DNA from: Microcoleus sp. GA_180221_E-2-1-MAG-45_12
GTDB lineage: Bacteria > Cyanobacteriota > Cyanobacteriia > Cyanobacteriales > JAAUUE01
Length of the DNA stretch: 64,000 nucleotides
Assembly (NCBI GenBank): GCA_020692245.1
Contig: JAIMKT010000001.1
Span: 125,173 to 189,172 of the forward strand
Reading direction: 5' to 3'
This document shows, piece after piece, positions 9,487 to 18,837 of this stretch. The notes under the pieces were generated by a model that made no database searches, was not told the DNA's origin, and saw only the letters and a list, made by a program, of their open reading frames with translations. Position 1 is the first letter of the stretch, and each line of letters opens with the position of its first letter. The position numbers and the translations under genes are program-made.

Positions 9487-10617
9487 CTAACCAAGGATTT
9501 CGTGAATAATCCAATCGAGGGCGTGGAAGACTCGATCGAGGACGGCTTCGGCTTGGCGGGAAGAGACAAAACAGGTTAAAGATTGGGCATCCTCTACAAT
9601 CCGCATTCCTTGAATTTTTGGGAAGCGTTGCAAGAGTTCCTTGCGTTTTTCTTCTCCTTGGAAGGGGGCGATCGTAATCGGCACACCAAACTGGAGCTTG
9701 AGGTCATTGGTTAACTGGCTCATGGCGACCACCAAAATCGGATGGCTAATGGCTTCCTGCTTGAGAACCACCGAGAAAGAGCCGTCCACTCGCCCAATTC
9801 CCCAATAAATATGCAGTTTTCTTGCCTTTGTCCACTCCAAAATTCTCTGGGTCACGATCGCGCCATCGGTGGCTTTGCGGGTAGTAAGTTCTTGGAGGAA
9901 AGCAACTTCATCCCATTGGTTGCCGGGTCTGGGGTTGATGGCTTTGTGGCGGTTACTAGGGGTAATCCCAATCAGGCGGGGAATGAGAATCTTGGTATTG
10001 TCACTGGTGTATTGATTCACTTCCACAGCAAAAACTTCAGCATTGATCATCTGCTGATTGAGAAATTCCACCAAGTGTTGCAAAGGCTGGGGAATGCGAT
10101 CGCTGATCAACATTAACCGAATTTTGCCTTGGCTCAAGTTTTGTTGCACCTGCTGCCAAAAAATCTCCGTGTCGGTCAGGGAATCCACAGCCAGAAAATC
10201 TTGGAGGACTTCTTCCCAATCATGACCCCGCTTACGACTATAGGTAAAAAATTCATCCTTCAAGGTAGCGATCGACCAATAACTAACGGCATGGGCGGCT
10301 CGATCGAGTACCTGTGTCACCAAAATTTCCCCATGATTATCAGCATGGCTAGTCACCACCTGTACCAAGGTCGGGATGGCATCCTGATCCACAAATAAAT
10401 GATCCACAACGCCCCGTTCTTGATCATAAACTGCCGACGGCACGGGCAACTGAGTCGCGATCGGCAACCAGCGTCGGGGATCGATGGGATCAATCTGCTC
10501 TCCAGCCAGCAGACTAGAGTTATCTGTCAGAATTTGATTCAGGGAGGCGGGGGAATCCCAAGGCTTGGCCTGCATTTCTGTTAGTTGTCCGTTTTCTCTA
10601 ATTTGGTAAATTGCCAT
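9487..10617 (-). CDS. Hypothetical protein with NucS/DUF91-like restriction-endonuclease-fold architecture; catalytic motif appears degenerate
   Basis: MAIYQIRENGQL... N-terminus. The block VDHLFVDQDAIPTLVQVVTSH sits where family members carry D..D-x-(D/E)xK. ATG at 10617 preferred over the track start at 10680. Confidence 0.5.
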   Translation of the reverse strand: MAIYQIRENGQLTEMQAKPWDSPASLNQILTDNSSLLAGEQIDPIDPRRWLPIATQLPVPSAVYDQERGVVDHLFVDQDAIPTLVQVVTSHADNHGEILVTQVLDRAAHAVSYWSIATLKDEFFTYSRKRGHDWEEVLQDFLAVDSLTDTEIFWQQVQQNLSQGKIRLMLISDRIPQPLQHLVEFLNQQMINAEVFAVEVNQYTSDNTKILIPRLIGITPSNRHKAINPRPGNQWDEVAFLQELTTRKATDGAIVTQRILEWTKARKLHIYWGIGRVDGSFSVVLKQEAISHPILVVAMSQLTNDLKLQFGVPITIAPFQGEEKRKELLQRFPKIQGMRIVEDAQSLTCFVSSRQAEAVLDRVFHALDWIIHEILG

Positions 10618-10804
10618 ACTTAGGGAGTTGCTGTGGGGGTGTTTATTAGGGATTTTGGGGTGTTTAGGAAAGCTAATCAAGGAAGTTGGGATGAATTCTT
10701 TAGTTAATTATCTAATAGGTTGGCTGGTTTGGTTGATCTTGTAGATCTTGCTGGTCTGGTTAGAGTTAAATCTCGGCTCTAGATCTTGGCTCTAAATCTT
10801 GGCT

Positions 10805-11659
10805 CTAAATCTCGACACTGCCTGTAAATACGGCTTGGGCAGGCCCTTTCATATAGAGGCGATCGTCCGCTTCTGACCAAGTGATCTGGAGACAACCACC
10901 GGGGAGTTCGACCGTACAAGAGCGATTACTTTTCCCAGTCAAAACTCCGGCAACCACCGTGGCACAGGCTCCAGTCCCACAGGCGAGGGTCGTACCTACC
11001 CCCCTTTCCCACACCCGCATTTTTAGATAATCGGGAGCCACAACTTCAATAAATTCTACATTGGTCTTTTGAGGAAAAACTGGATGATTCTCAAACTGGG
11101 GGCCGATCACGCTCAGATCAATTTTCTGGACATCATCAACAAACACAAGACAGTGGGGGTTGCCCATACTTACACAGGTTGCCAACCAAGACTGGCCTGC
11201 CACGCCCAAGGGTGCTTCAATCACCTTACTCCCTGTAGCTAAGGTTGTGGGAATTTCTTCAGCAATTAGGCGGGGTTTCCCCATATCCACCGTGATATTG
11301 CCATCCCCAAGGATCTCCGGCTTAATGATCCCGGCTAGGGTATGAATTTTGTAGGTAGTGGGGACAATTTTTTCAGGGGTAATATGACCGTCAAGATTGG
11401 CAACAAACTTAGCAAAGCAGCGAATCCCGTTGCCACACATTTCTGGTTCCGAACTGTCAGAATTAAAAATCCGCATGGTGTAATCACTGCCTTCTACGCC
11501 GGGAAGCACGAAGATCACCCCATCACCTCCGACCCCAAAATGGCGATCGCACAGTACCGCCGCCTGCTCTGGAGTGATCAATGGTGTACTAGATTGGCGG
11601 TTATCAATCAACAAAAAATCATTGCCTAAACCGTGATACTTCGTAAAATCAATCTTCAT
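10805..11659 (-). CDS. dapF: Diaminopimelate epimerase
   Basis: [19 protein letters not shown]. Catalytic Cys motifs MCGNGIRC and ACGTGACA. Confidence 0.95.
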   Translation of the reverse strand: MKIDFTKYHGLGNDFLLIDNRQSSTPLITPEQAAVLCDRHFGVGGDGVIFVLPGVEGSDYTMRIFNSDSSEPEMCGNGIRCFAKFVANLDGHITPEKIVPTTYKIHTLAGIIKPEILGDGNITVDMGKPRLIAEEIPTTLATGSKVIEAPLGVAGQSWLATCVSMGNPHCLVFVDDVQKIDLSVIGPQFENHPVFPQKTNVEFIEVVAPDYLKMRVWERGVGTTLACGTGACATVVAGVLTGKSNRSCTVELPGGCLQITWSEADDRLYMKGPAQAVFTGSVEI

Positions 11660-11835
11660 AAATACTTGTTAAATAAACTTATTAAATAATTTGTTTTGCT
11701 CAAAAGCCAAAGGTATCTTGAGGAGATCGGCAAACTTCTACTATTTTTTGGTCAGGTGTTGCTATTTGTGCGTTCCGCACTGCAATATAATTGTAGTATT
11801 TTCTGGTGTTGACGTGACGAAGAAGGGATGGATTT

Positions 11836-12045
11836 ATGAGTGAATTTGAGACGGGATTGCCTAGTGTGCGCCAAGTTCAAGGCTTTATTAAAGATAAGCA
11901 GGATATTGAACTAAAGTTAACTACCAGTGATGTACTGTCAGGAAAGGTATCTTGGCAGGATCAAAACTGTATTTGTCTGAAAGTATCTGGGCAGCAAGTG
12001 CTAGTCTGGCGGGGAGCGATCGCCTACATTAAGCTCCGGGATTAG
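11836..12045 (+). CDS. hfq: Cyanobacterial Hfq homologue
   Basis: 69 aa. GLPSVRQVQ...IKD...E(I/L)KL...G...WQD...AIAYI pattern as in Synechocystis Ssr3341. Divergent from dapF, as is typical. Confidence 0.85.
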   Translation: MSEFETGLPSVRQVQGFIKDKQDIELKLTTSDVLSGKVSWQDQNCICLKVSGQQVLVWRGAIAYIKLRD

Positions 12046-12077
12046 TCTTTTATCATATTTAGGGGCAGATTTTTTCT

Positions 12078-12902
12078 ATGACCATACCCAAAATTCCTAC
12101 AGCTCTGTCGATCGCTGGTTCTGATAGTGGCGGCGGGGCGGGAATTCAAGCTGATTTGCGGACTTTTGCCTTCCATTGTGTCCACGGTATGAGTGTGCTA
12201 ACTTGCGTTACTGCCCAAAATACCCTAGGGGTGACGAGGGTAGATGCCTTGCCTGTGGAGTCGGTGGTAGCCCAGCTAGAGGCAGTGGTGCAGGATATTG
12301 GGGCGGGAGCCACGAAGACAGGAATGCTCTTGAATCAGGAAATTATCACGGCGGTGGCGGAGCAGGTGAAAATTCTAGGGTTAACGCAGTTGGTGGTAGA
12401 TCCCGTGATGGTATCGAGAACCGGGGCGCAGTTGATTGCGGATGAGGCGATCGCTACCCTGCGAGATTTTTTGATTCCCCAAGCATTGATTGCAACTCCC
12501 AACCGCTATGAGGCTCAACTCTTGGGGGGCTTAGAGATTAATACCCTAGAAGATATGCAAACCGCCGCCAAAAATATTTATCACCTAGGAGCCAAGCATG
12601 TGCTGGTGAAAGGTGGAGCCATGACGGGAGACTTGCGGGGCGTAGATGTGTGGTTTGACGGGCAGGATTTTCAGGTATTGCAGACCACCACCATTGACAC
12701 GAAGCATACCCACGGCACAGGTTGTACTCTCAGTGCTGCGATCGCCGCCAATCTCTCCCTTGGTAAAACTCCCTTAGAAGCAACTAAAGCCGCCAAAGAT
12801 TACGTCACCGCCGCCTTAGATCATGCCCTAGCGATCGGCTCCGGCACTGGTCCCGTTGGGCATTTTTACCCCTTGTTAGATCTACGGTTAAATCATGGCT
12901 AA
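12078..12902 (+). CDS. thiD: Hydroxymethylpyrimidine/phosphomethylpyrimidine kinase
   Basis: ALSIAGSDSGGGAGIQADLRTF, KTGML and HGTGCTLSAAIAA motifs. Confidence 0.9.
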   Translation: MTIPKIPTALSIAGSDSGGGAGIQADLRTFAFHCVHGMSVLTCVTAQNTLGVTRVDALPVESVVAQLEAVVQDIGAGATKTGMLLNQEIITAVAEQVKILGLTQLVVDPVMVSRTGAQLIADEAIATLRDFLIPQALIATPNRYEAQLLGGLEINTLEDMQTAAKNIYHLGAKHVLVKGGAMTGDLRGVDVWFDGQDFQVLQTTTIDTKHTHGTGCTLSAAIAANLSLGKTPLEATKAAKDYVTAALDHALAIGSGTGPVGHFYPLLDLRLNHG

Positions 12903-13709
12903 ATGTACGATAATATCTGTAAACTCCTCGCTGAAACCTTTCCTGCTGACTTTGCCAGTTGGATTCTCGGCGAACCAATTCCCCTCACCAAGCTGGAACC
13001 CTCGGAACTCTCGATCGAACCCATCCGGGCTGATTCCCTGATATTTCTAGAATCTTCAGCCCTGATCCTCCATCTAGAATTTCAAACCAGAACCGAAGAA
13101 AATATGCCCCTACGGATGCTGGATTACTGGCTACGACTATACCGGAAGTTTCCTCTCAAACAAATTCACCAGACAGTAATTTATCTCAAACCCACAACTT
13201 CTCCCCTCGCCTATCAAAATAATTTCGTCTCAGTCTCTGGTCAGACTCAACACCAATTCAACACCATCAGACTCTGGGAGCAACCGACAGCCATATTTCA
13301 GCAGTACCAAGGGCTATTACCCTTCGTTACTCTTTCTCAGACCGATGATCCAGAGGAAGCCCTGAGACAAGCTGCTCAACAAATTGAAGCCATAAATGAC
13401 CAAACTATGCAAGCAAATCTTGCCGCCGCTACCTCGATTATTTCTGGGTTAAAATTAGACCTAGAGATAATTCAGAGAATAATCAGGAGAGACATTATGA
13501 AAGAATCTGTTACTTATCAAGCAATTTTGCAAGAGGGTTTGACTGAAGGTCGGGCTGAAGGTAAGGCTGAGGCTGTTAATCAAATTGCCTTAAATATGCT
13601 CAACTCCGCTATTTCTATGGATTTAATTATTCAATTTACGGGTTTGTCCTTGGAGCAAATTCAGCAACTACAACAGCAAAATAGAGAAAACATCTCTAAA
13701 TCAAACTAA
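12903..13709 (+). CDS. Rpn-family recombination-promoting nuclease / putative transposase-like protein (PD-(D/E)XK, DUF4351-type C-terminus)
   Basis: N-terminus MYDNICKLLAE.FP.DFASW and ...R(A)DSLIFL...LHLEFQT.. are typical of the multi-copy cyanobacterial family. Starts immediately after the thiD stop codon. Confidence 0.65.
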   Translation: MYDNICKLLAETFPADFASWILGEPIPLTKLEPSELSIEPIRADSLIFLESSALILHLEFQTRTEENMPLRMLDYWLRLYRKFPLKQIHQTVIYLKPTTSPLAYQNNFVSVSGQTQHQFNTIRLWEQPTAIFQQYQGLLPFVTLSQTDDPEEALRQAAQQIEAINDQTMQANLAAATSIISGLKLDLEIIQRIIRRDIMKESVTYQAILQEGLTEGRAEGKAEAVNQIALNMLNSAISMDLIIQFTGLSLEQIQQLQQQNRENISKSN

Positions 13710-13772
13710 CTCTAGTGGTGTAATTTATCTAGAGTGATATATTATCCAGATGAAATATAGTATGAGTAGTAT

Positions 13773-14189
13773 CTAAGGCTCTTGATAAAAAATAAATCTG
13801 ACTAGGGAAACTACCAAATAGCTCAAGATAGTATAGGCAACCATCGCCACTATCACATTGAGATCAAAAATATTTGTCCCCTCATTTGCCGTTGGACTGA
13901 TAAATAGCGTAGAAAATGGGGCGACAAAAGGTGCAGATAAATTATTAATTATTTGAGCAAAGTCATTTTCGGGGTTGGCTCCAAATAATCGGAGTGAAAA
14001 TCTGATAGCAAGAAGTATTTCCAGCATTCCTGCTAACCAGAAAATACTATTAACTATCCATTTATACGTGTTACCCCGTCTCGCAACTTCTAGACGTTTT
14101 TCCTCTTGCCGTAGCTGAAAAGCTTCTTTTTCCTGTTGTAGTTCTTGTTTGCGGACAAAGTTAGCATCATTATCCCGATCGTGAGTCAT
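13773..14189 (-). CDS. YggT-like membrane protein with charged coiled N-terminus
   Basis: IRFSLRLFGANPENDFAQIINNLSAPFVAPF resembles the YGGT repeat. Two TM helices. Confidence 0.45.
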   Translation of the reverse strand: MTHDRDNDANFVRKQELQQEKEAFQLRQEEKRLEVARRGNTYKWIVNSIFWLAGMLEILLAIRFSLRLFGANPENDFAQIINNLSAPFVAPFSTLFISPTANEGTNIFDLNVIVAMVAYTILSYLVVSLVRFIFYQEP

Positions 14190-14541
14190 TTCTGAACCTC
14201 AGAATTAATATTTCTATTAATATTTCCACCAATATTTGCAAGTCTAGATACAGCAGTTATAAAAAAGTTATGACTAAAAAATCACAAGTAAGGCTTGTAA
14301 TAGATTTTATATTTTTATTTTGTGTTTTTATCTGAGGGGTATTTGGAACTTATATCTGTTGTCAGAAATAGTAGGTGCAAAAAGCTCACCTTAACGGGGT
14401 CTATTTCATCAAAAAACATGAAATTCTCTTCTCCCTCAGATTTAGGGAACACAGTTTGCTACTTACAAATTTCCCCTAAACTAGGATTTTTTTAGGTTTT
14501 GTAAGATATTTTAATTACTTGACGAAAAATGCTAAAGATTT

Positions 14542-14724
14542 CTAGTCAATGGTTTTTTTGACTTCATCCTTGATGTTTTCGACAGTATGCTGAATTTTTG
14601 CCTCTACTTGCTTTGCCTGACCCTCCGCTTGGGCTTGGGGATCTCCACTCAGGTCGCCTAGGGCTTCTTGGACTTTGCCTTCGATATTTTTAGCGGTTGC
14701 CTTAACTCTATCTTCTAAGCTCAT
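14542..14724 (-). CDS. CsbD-family stress protein
   Basis: 60 aa. K.AKNIEGKVQEALG.L.GD...QAEG..KQ pattern. Confidence 0.8.
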   Translation of the reverse strand: MSLEDRVKATAKNIEGKVQEALGDLSGDPQAQAEGQAKQVEAKIQHTVENIKDEVKKTID

Positions 14725-14983
14725 GATCTGTAACCTCTAAAATTTGTTGGTTGAATTTGAGAATTAGTTACCTACAATTGATTGAATAACTCAAACAATC
14801 TTGGCTCCTACATTTGTAAGTGTGACAGATGATTATTTTATTTCCTGATTAAATTGCTTGATTTGATTGATTTCGATACAAAAAGTAACATGATTTTAAA
14901 TACTTAATTCCGTCATTTCCACCTTAGCTAATGCGGAGAATTTGTGAATTTTTCTACTTTTAACTATATTTTCAACTCTATTT

Positions 14984-15949
14984 TTAACTATAGAGTCCCG
15001 CAACGTATTCTGCGTAGCCATTGAAGGGAAGAGTAGGACGAGTTTCCCAAAGTAAACTGGGGGCATCACTAACCATTCGTTCGGTAGCTTGAGACCAACG
15101 GGGATGGGGTTGGAAGGGATTAACATTTGCCTCGAAACCGTACTCGTTGGCATTGATCGTATTCCAAAAAGTGGCGGGTTGCGTGGGCAGAAATTCTATT
15201 TTGACGATCGACTTTGCGCCCTTAAAACCATATTTCCATGGAATCACCATCCGCAGGGGAGCGCCGTTTTGCTTGGGTAAAGGTTTGCCATGAATCCCTG
15301 TTGCAAAAAATGCTAATTCATTATTCATTTCCTCAATCCGTAAGCTCTCGGTGTAAGGCCAGGGACGAGAGCCTAATAAACTGCCACCTTTAGTGATCTT
15401 CGGATCATAGAAAGAGGTAAAGCGGACAAACTTTGCTTCATTAGTGGGCTGTACATCTTGCACCAAAAGCCGCATGGGGAAACCCGCCCAAGGCACAACC
15501 ATTGCCCAAGCTTCCACACACCGAAACCGATAGATGCGCTCCTCGATCGGGAATTTGCGTTGAATTTCATCCAAATCATAGGTGCGGGGATTACTTACCA
15601 AACCTGTAACTTCAATTTTCCAATTTTCTAGGGGTAAGGCTTGAGCAGCTCGCCACACAGATTTGCCAGTGCCAAATTCATAGAAGTTATTGTAGGTAGA
15701 AGTGAGGTGTTCCGCCGTGATGGGTCTACCGACATCGACAAAGCTGGGGTTCTTAATTAGGTTTGTGTAGGTGGCTTCTTTGTTAGTAGTGGAGTCGGGG
15801 CTGGCACAGGCAGTGAGGGGTAGAGTTGTGGCGGCTAATCCAGTGGCGATCGCTCCCTGCAAAAACCGACGACGATTCAGAAATACTGCTTCGGGAGTAA
15901 CTTGACTTTCTGGCAGTTGCCAAGAGGGCGGGATTCTAATCAGGGTCAT
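14984..15949 (-). CDS. msrP: Protein-methionine-sulfoxide reductase catalytic subunit (molybdopterin, YedY/MsrP), Tat signal
   Basis: RRRFLQGAIATG Tat motif. YNNFYEFG and CVE(A)W blocks. ATG at 15949 preferred over the TTG at 15985. Confidence 0.85.
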   Translation of the reverse strand: MTLIRIPPSWQLPESQVTPEAVFLNRRRFLQGAIATGLAATTLPLTACASPDSTTNKEATYTNLIKNPSFVDVGRPITAEHLTSTYNNFYEFGTGKSVWRAAQALPLENWKIEVTGLVSNPRTYDLDEIQRKFPIEERIYRFRCVEAWAMVVPWAGFPMRLLVQDVQPTNEAKFVRFTSFYDPKITKGGSLLGSRPWPYTESLRIEEMNNELAFFATGIHGKPLPKQNGAPLRMVIPWKYGFKGAKSIVKIEFLPTQPATFWNTINANEYGFEANVNPFQPHPRWSQATERMVSDAPSLLWETRPTLPFNGYAEYVAGLYS

Positions 15950-15998
15950 GGAGTTAGCAAATTTTTTAATAGGTATAAAATACAAACACTACATTTAC

Positions 15999-16027
15999 TT
16001 GACATTTCTCAAGGGCAAATTTATTAT
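15999..16027 (+). promoter_or_regulatory. Near-consensus sigma70-type promoter for the TetR gene
   Basis: TTGACA (15999-16004), then 17 nt, then TATTAT (16022-16027). Lies 37 nt upstream of the ATG at 16064. Confidence 0.5.
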
Positions 16028-16063
16028 ATAACAAGCAGTCGATATAAAATAACTTGTGGATTC

Positions 16064-16642
16064 ATGCCGAAGATTGTTGATCATGATCAGTACCGAAAAG
16101 AACTTCTTGCCAAGAGTTTTGACCTGTTCGCAGAGAAAGGCTATGCTGCCATCACCATGCGAGAGGTAGCTCAGGGCATTGGGGTTTCCACAGGTACACT
16201 TTACCACTACTTCCCTAGCAAAGAAGAATTGTTTGGGCAACTGATCGAGCAATCTTGTCAGGAAAAACTATTAATTGTTAAAGGCAGAGTCAAAAATGCC
16301 CAAACCCTTAAGGAGCGAATCGCTTTAGTTGCTCAATATATTGAGGAACAAGAAGACCATATGATGAAACAAACTCATCTGTGGATGGATTTTTGTAAGC
16401 ACCATCCCGCCGAGCCAAATGAGCTGAGTCTTTGGCAACGGATCAATCACCACCATGAGCAAGCAGCAATAGATATTTTGGAAATTACCAACCCAGAAAT
16501 CATTAAGCTATTTGGTTGCCTCATTGACGGTATTGTTCTAGAGCGGATTTTGGGCGATCGAGAAGTTAGCTTCGTGAAGCAACTAGCCTTATTTGGTGAA
16601 ATTCTTGATGTCTATTTAGAAAAATCTCAAGAAAAATCTTAA
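16064..16642 (+). CDS. TetR/AcrR-family transcriptional regulator
   Basis: HTH ITMREVAQGIGVSTGTLYHYFPSKEELF. The start is moved to the ATG at 16064 because the track's N-terminal extension overlaps msrP and contains the promoter. Confidence 0.85.
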   Translation: MPKIVDHDQYRKELLAKSFDLFAEKGYAAITMREVAQGIGVSTGTLYHYFPSKEELFGQLIEQSCQEKLLIVKGRVKNAQTLKERIALVAQYIEEQEDHMMKQTHLWMDFCKHHPAEPNELSLWQRINHHHEQAAIDILEITNPEIIKLFGCLIDGIVLERILGDREVSFVKQLALFGEILDVYLEKSQEKS

Positions 16643-16682
16643 CCGATCGCAAGTATAGAGTTTCCAGCAAGGAGGAAAATTT

Positions 16683-17555
16683 ATGACATTGAGAATGCCC
16701 CAGTTATCGAATCCACAATTAATGGGTTTGCTGGTGGGGACAATGATGGCGACTGGGGGAATTGTTTTTTATGGGGTGTCACACTTTTCTGTGGGCAGTA
16801 CCTCAGAATCTACACCAACGGTTAGGCCGATCAATAAAATTGCTGCCCTAGGACGACTGGAACCAGAATCCGCAGTTCTGAAATTAGCACCTCCCTTGGC
16901 TTTGGATGGCGATCGCATTGCTGAAGTCCTTGTCCAAGCAGGAGATACCGTTCAGGCGGGGCAGGTGATTGCAGTATTAGATGCTAAAGCTCGCCTTGAA
17001 GATGAAGTTCTCCAAGCTCAGGAGCAGGTGAAAGTTACCCAAGCAAAACTAGCTCAGGTGATGGCGGAGACAAAAACTGGAGAAATCCAAGCTCCCATCC
17101 CAACTCTAACCCAAGCCCAAGCAGAAGTAGAGGGGGCGATCGCCGTCCTTGAAAGAGCCGAAGCTGTCCTCGATCGAGCCTTTATCCGGGCGCCCATTAC
17201 CGGGCAGGTACTAAAAATCTATGCCAAGGTAGGGGAAAAGCCGGGAGATGAAGGGATTGCTGATCTGGGGCGGACTGATCAGATGGTGGCGGTTGCAGAA
17301 GTTGCTCAAACTGACATTGGCAAGGTCAAGATTGGTCAAGAAGCCTTAGTAACAGCCTCAGCCTTTACTGGAGAACTTAAGGGAAAAGTTACCTACATTG
17401 ATTTGCAAGTTAATCCGCAGAAAGTATTTAGTAGCCAACCAGAGGAAAATCTCGATCGACGGGTGGTGGAAGTCAAAATCCGCCTCAGCCCCGAAGATAG
17501 CCAAAAAGTTAGTTCCTTAACTAATCTCCTAGTGCGATCGGTGATCTTTCCCTAG
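16683..17555 (+). CDS. DevB-like membrane fusion protein (HlyD family) with a shortened coiled-coil hairpin
   Basis: ALGRLEPES..LKLAPP...GDRIAEVLVQAGD.VQAGQVIAVLD and C-terminal RVVEVKIRL...SSLTNL match DevB-type MFPs. Only 290 aa. Confidence 0.8.
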   Translation: MTLRMPQLSNPQLMGLLVGTMMATGGIVFYGVSHFSVGSTSESTPTVRPINKIAALGRLEPESAVLKLAPPLALDGDRIAEVLVQAGDTVQAGQVIAVLDAKARLEDEVLQAQEQVKVTQAKLAQVMAETKTGEIQAPIPTLTQAQAEVEGAIAVLERAEAVLDRAFIRAPITGQVLKIYAKVGEKPGDEGIADLGRTDQMVAVAEVAQTDIGKVKIGQEALVTASAFTGELKGKVTYIDLQVNPQKVFSSQPEENLDRRVVEVKIRLSPEDSQKVSSLTNLLVRSVIFP

Positions 17556-17564
17556 GATTTATCC

Positions 17565-17599
17565 CCATATTTACCGCCATATTTACCGCCATATTTAAC
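17565..17599. repeat. 12-bp tandem repeat CCATATTTACCG, about 2.9 copies
   Basis: Read directly from the sequence. Confidence 0.9.
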
Positions 17600-17647
17600 T
17601 CAAGTATTCACCCAAACCCGTCCTAAAATTTACAGATTTGTTTCCTT

Positions 17648-17705
17648 ATTGCATAACGACTGGTTGATATAGATTCCATTGCATAACGACTGATTGATAT
17701 AAATT
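17648..17705. repeat. 30-bp tandem duplication ATTGCATAACGACTG(G/A)TTGATATA(G/A)ATT
   Basis: Copy 1 at 17648-17675 and copy 2 at 17678-17705, with 2 mismatches. Confidence 0.9.
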
Positions 17706-17832
17706 ATTTGCTCGGTATTTGCCAAGAAATTAGAACGAGCCGACCTAACGACAATTTCTAATTCACCCGACTTACCCAAATAATTTTCGATAAAACTCAC
17801 CCATACCTACCAACACAATACCAAGCAAAGCT

Positions 17833-18603
17833 ATGCAAGCTATCCTCTGTGACCCCGCCTCCTCTGCTGTGATTACCCGTGAACCCGTAGCTAAGGCTGC
17901 GCCGATTATTGCGGCTAATCAACTCAACCATTACTTTGGAGACGGAAATTTACGAAAACAAGCTCTTTTTGATGTTGACCTAGAAATTAATCGTGGAGAA
18001 ATTATTATTATGACTGGGCCCTCTGGTTCTGGGAAAACTACCCTGTTGAGCCTGATGGGGGGATTACGTTCTGCCCAAGAGGGGAGCCTGAAGATTTTGG
18101 GGCAGGAAATTTGTGGCGCAAATAAAGGACAACTTGCCAAACTCCGCTTAAACATTGGCTATATTTTCCAAGCTCACAACTTGATGACTTTTTTAACTGC
18201 CAAGGAAAATGTGCGGATGTCCCTAGAACTCCATCAAAAACGTTTTCAGGGTGAAGATTTGAATGCTAAGGCGGTTGCCATGCTAGAAACCGTAGGGCTA
18301 GGGGAGCGGGCGGAATATTATCCAGATAGTATGTCTGGGGGGCAGAAACAACGGGTAGCGATCGCCCGGGCTTTGATTAGTGAACCGCAAATTGTCCTCG
18401 CTGATGAACCCACGGCAGCCTTGGATAAGAAATCTGGGCGGGATGTGGTAGAACTGATGCAAAAATTAGCAAAGGAGCAGGGCTGTACGATTTTACTTGT
18501 CACCCACGATAACCGGATCCTCGATATTGCCGATCGCATTGTTTACATGGAGGATGGGCATCTGATTAGTGATGGTATTGATGCTGCGGCAAAAGTACAC
18601 TAG
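17833..18603 (+). CDS. DevA-like ABC exporter ATP-binding protein (MacB/LolD-type ATPase)
   Basis: Walker A GPSGSGKTTLL, signature [15 protein letters not shown], Walker B VLADEPTAALD, H-loop VTHD. Confidence 0.85.
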   Translation: MQAILCDPASSAVITREPVAKAAPIIAANQLNHYFGDGNLRKQALFDVDLEINRGEIIIMTGPSGSGKTTLLSLMGGLRSAQEGSLKILGQEICGANKGQLAKLRLNIGYIFQAHNLMTFLTAKENVRMSLELHQKRFQGEDLNAKAVAMLETVGLGERAEYYPDSMSGGQKQRVAIARALISEPQIVLADEPTAALDKKSGRDVVELMQKLAKEQGCTILLVTHDNRILDIADRIVYMEDGHLISDGIDAAAKVH

Positions 18604-18837
18604 TCAGGGGGGATGTTTCTGGAAATATTTCCACCGTCGACCCAAGGCATATATCAATTTTGGCAAACCTGTAGGAAAATATACTAGCAATATTTACCAA
18701 AAACTAAGTTAAAGGGCGTTTAGCACCTAACAATAGACTCTGTAAATGCTCAAGATTAAATTCTAAAGAGTAGATTCTAGAAATTAAGTTCTAGAGGTTA
18801 GGTTCTAGAATTAAACCAAATTCAACGTAAAGGATTT

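Noticed and set aside
12176-12445. 89-aa plus-strand ORF inside thiD
   Set aside because: It is an alternative frame of a well-supported gene, with a Gly/Arg-rich nonsense-like translation.
14896-15153. 85-aa ORF considered as a possible msrQ
   Set aside because: It overlaps the 3' end of msrP in another frame, is too short, and is not a multi-TM haem protein.
15902-16063. N-terminal extension of the TetR ORF given by the ORF track
   Set aside because: The extension overlaps the msrP 5' end on the other strand and contains a near-consensus TTGACA-N17-TATTAT promoter. The TetR HTH begins right after the ATG at 16064.
17556-17832. Search for a devC permease or its remnant between the devB-like and devA-like genes
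   Set aside because: The gap is only 277 bp and is made up of tandem repeats, with no ORF in any frame. The absence itself is reported as a finding instead.
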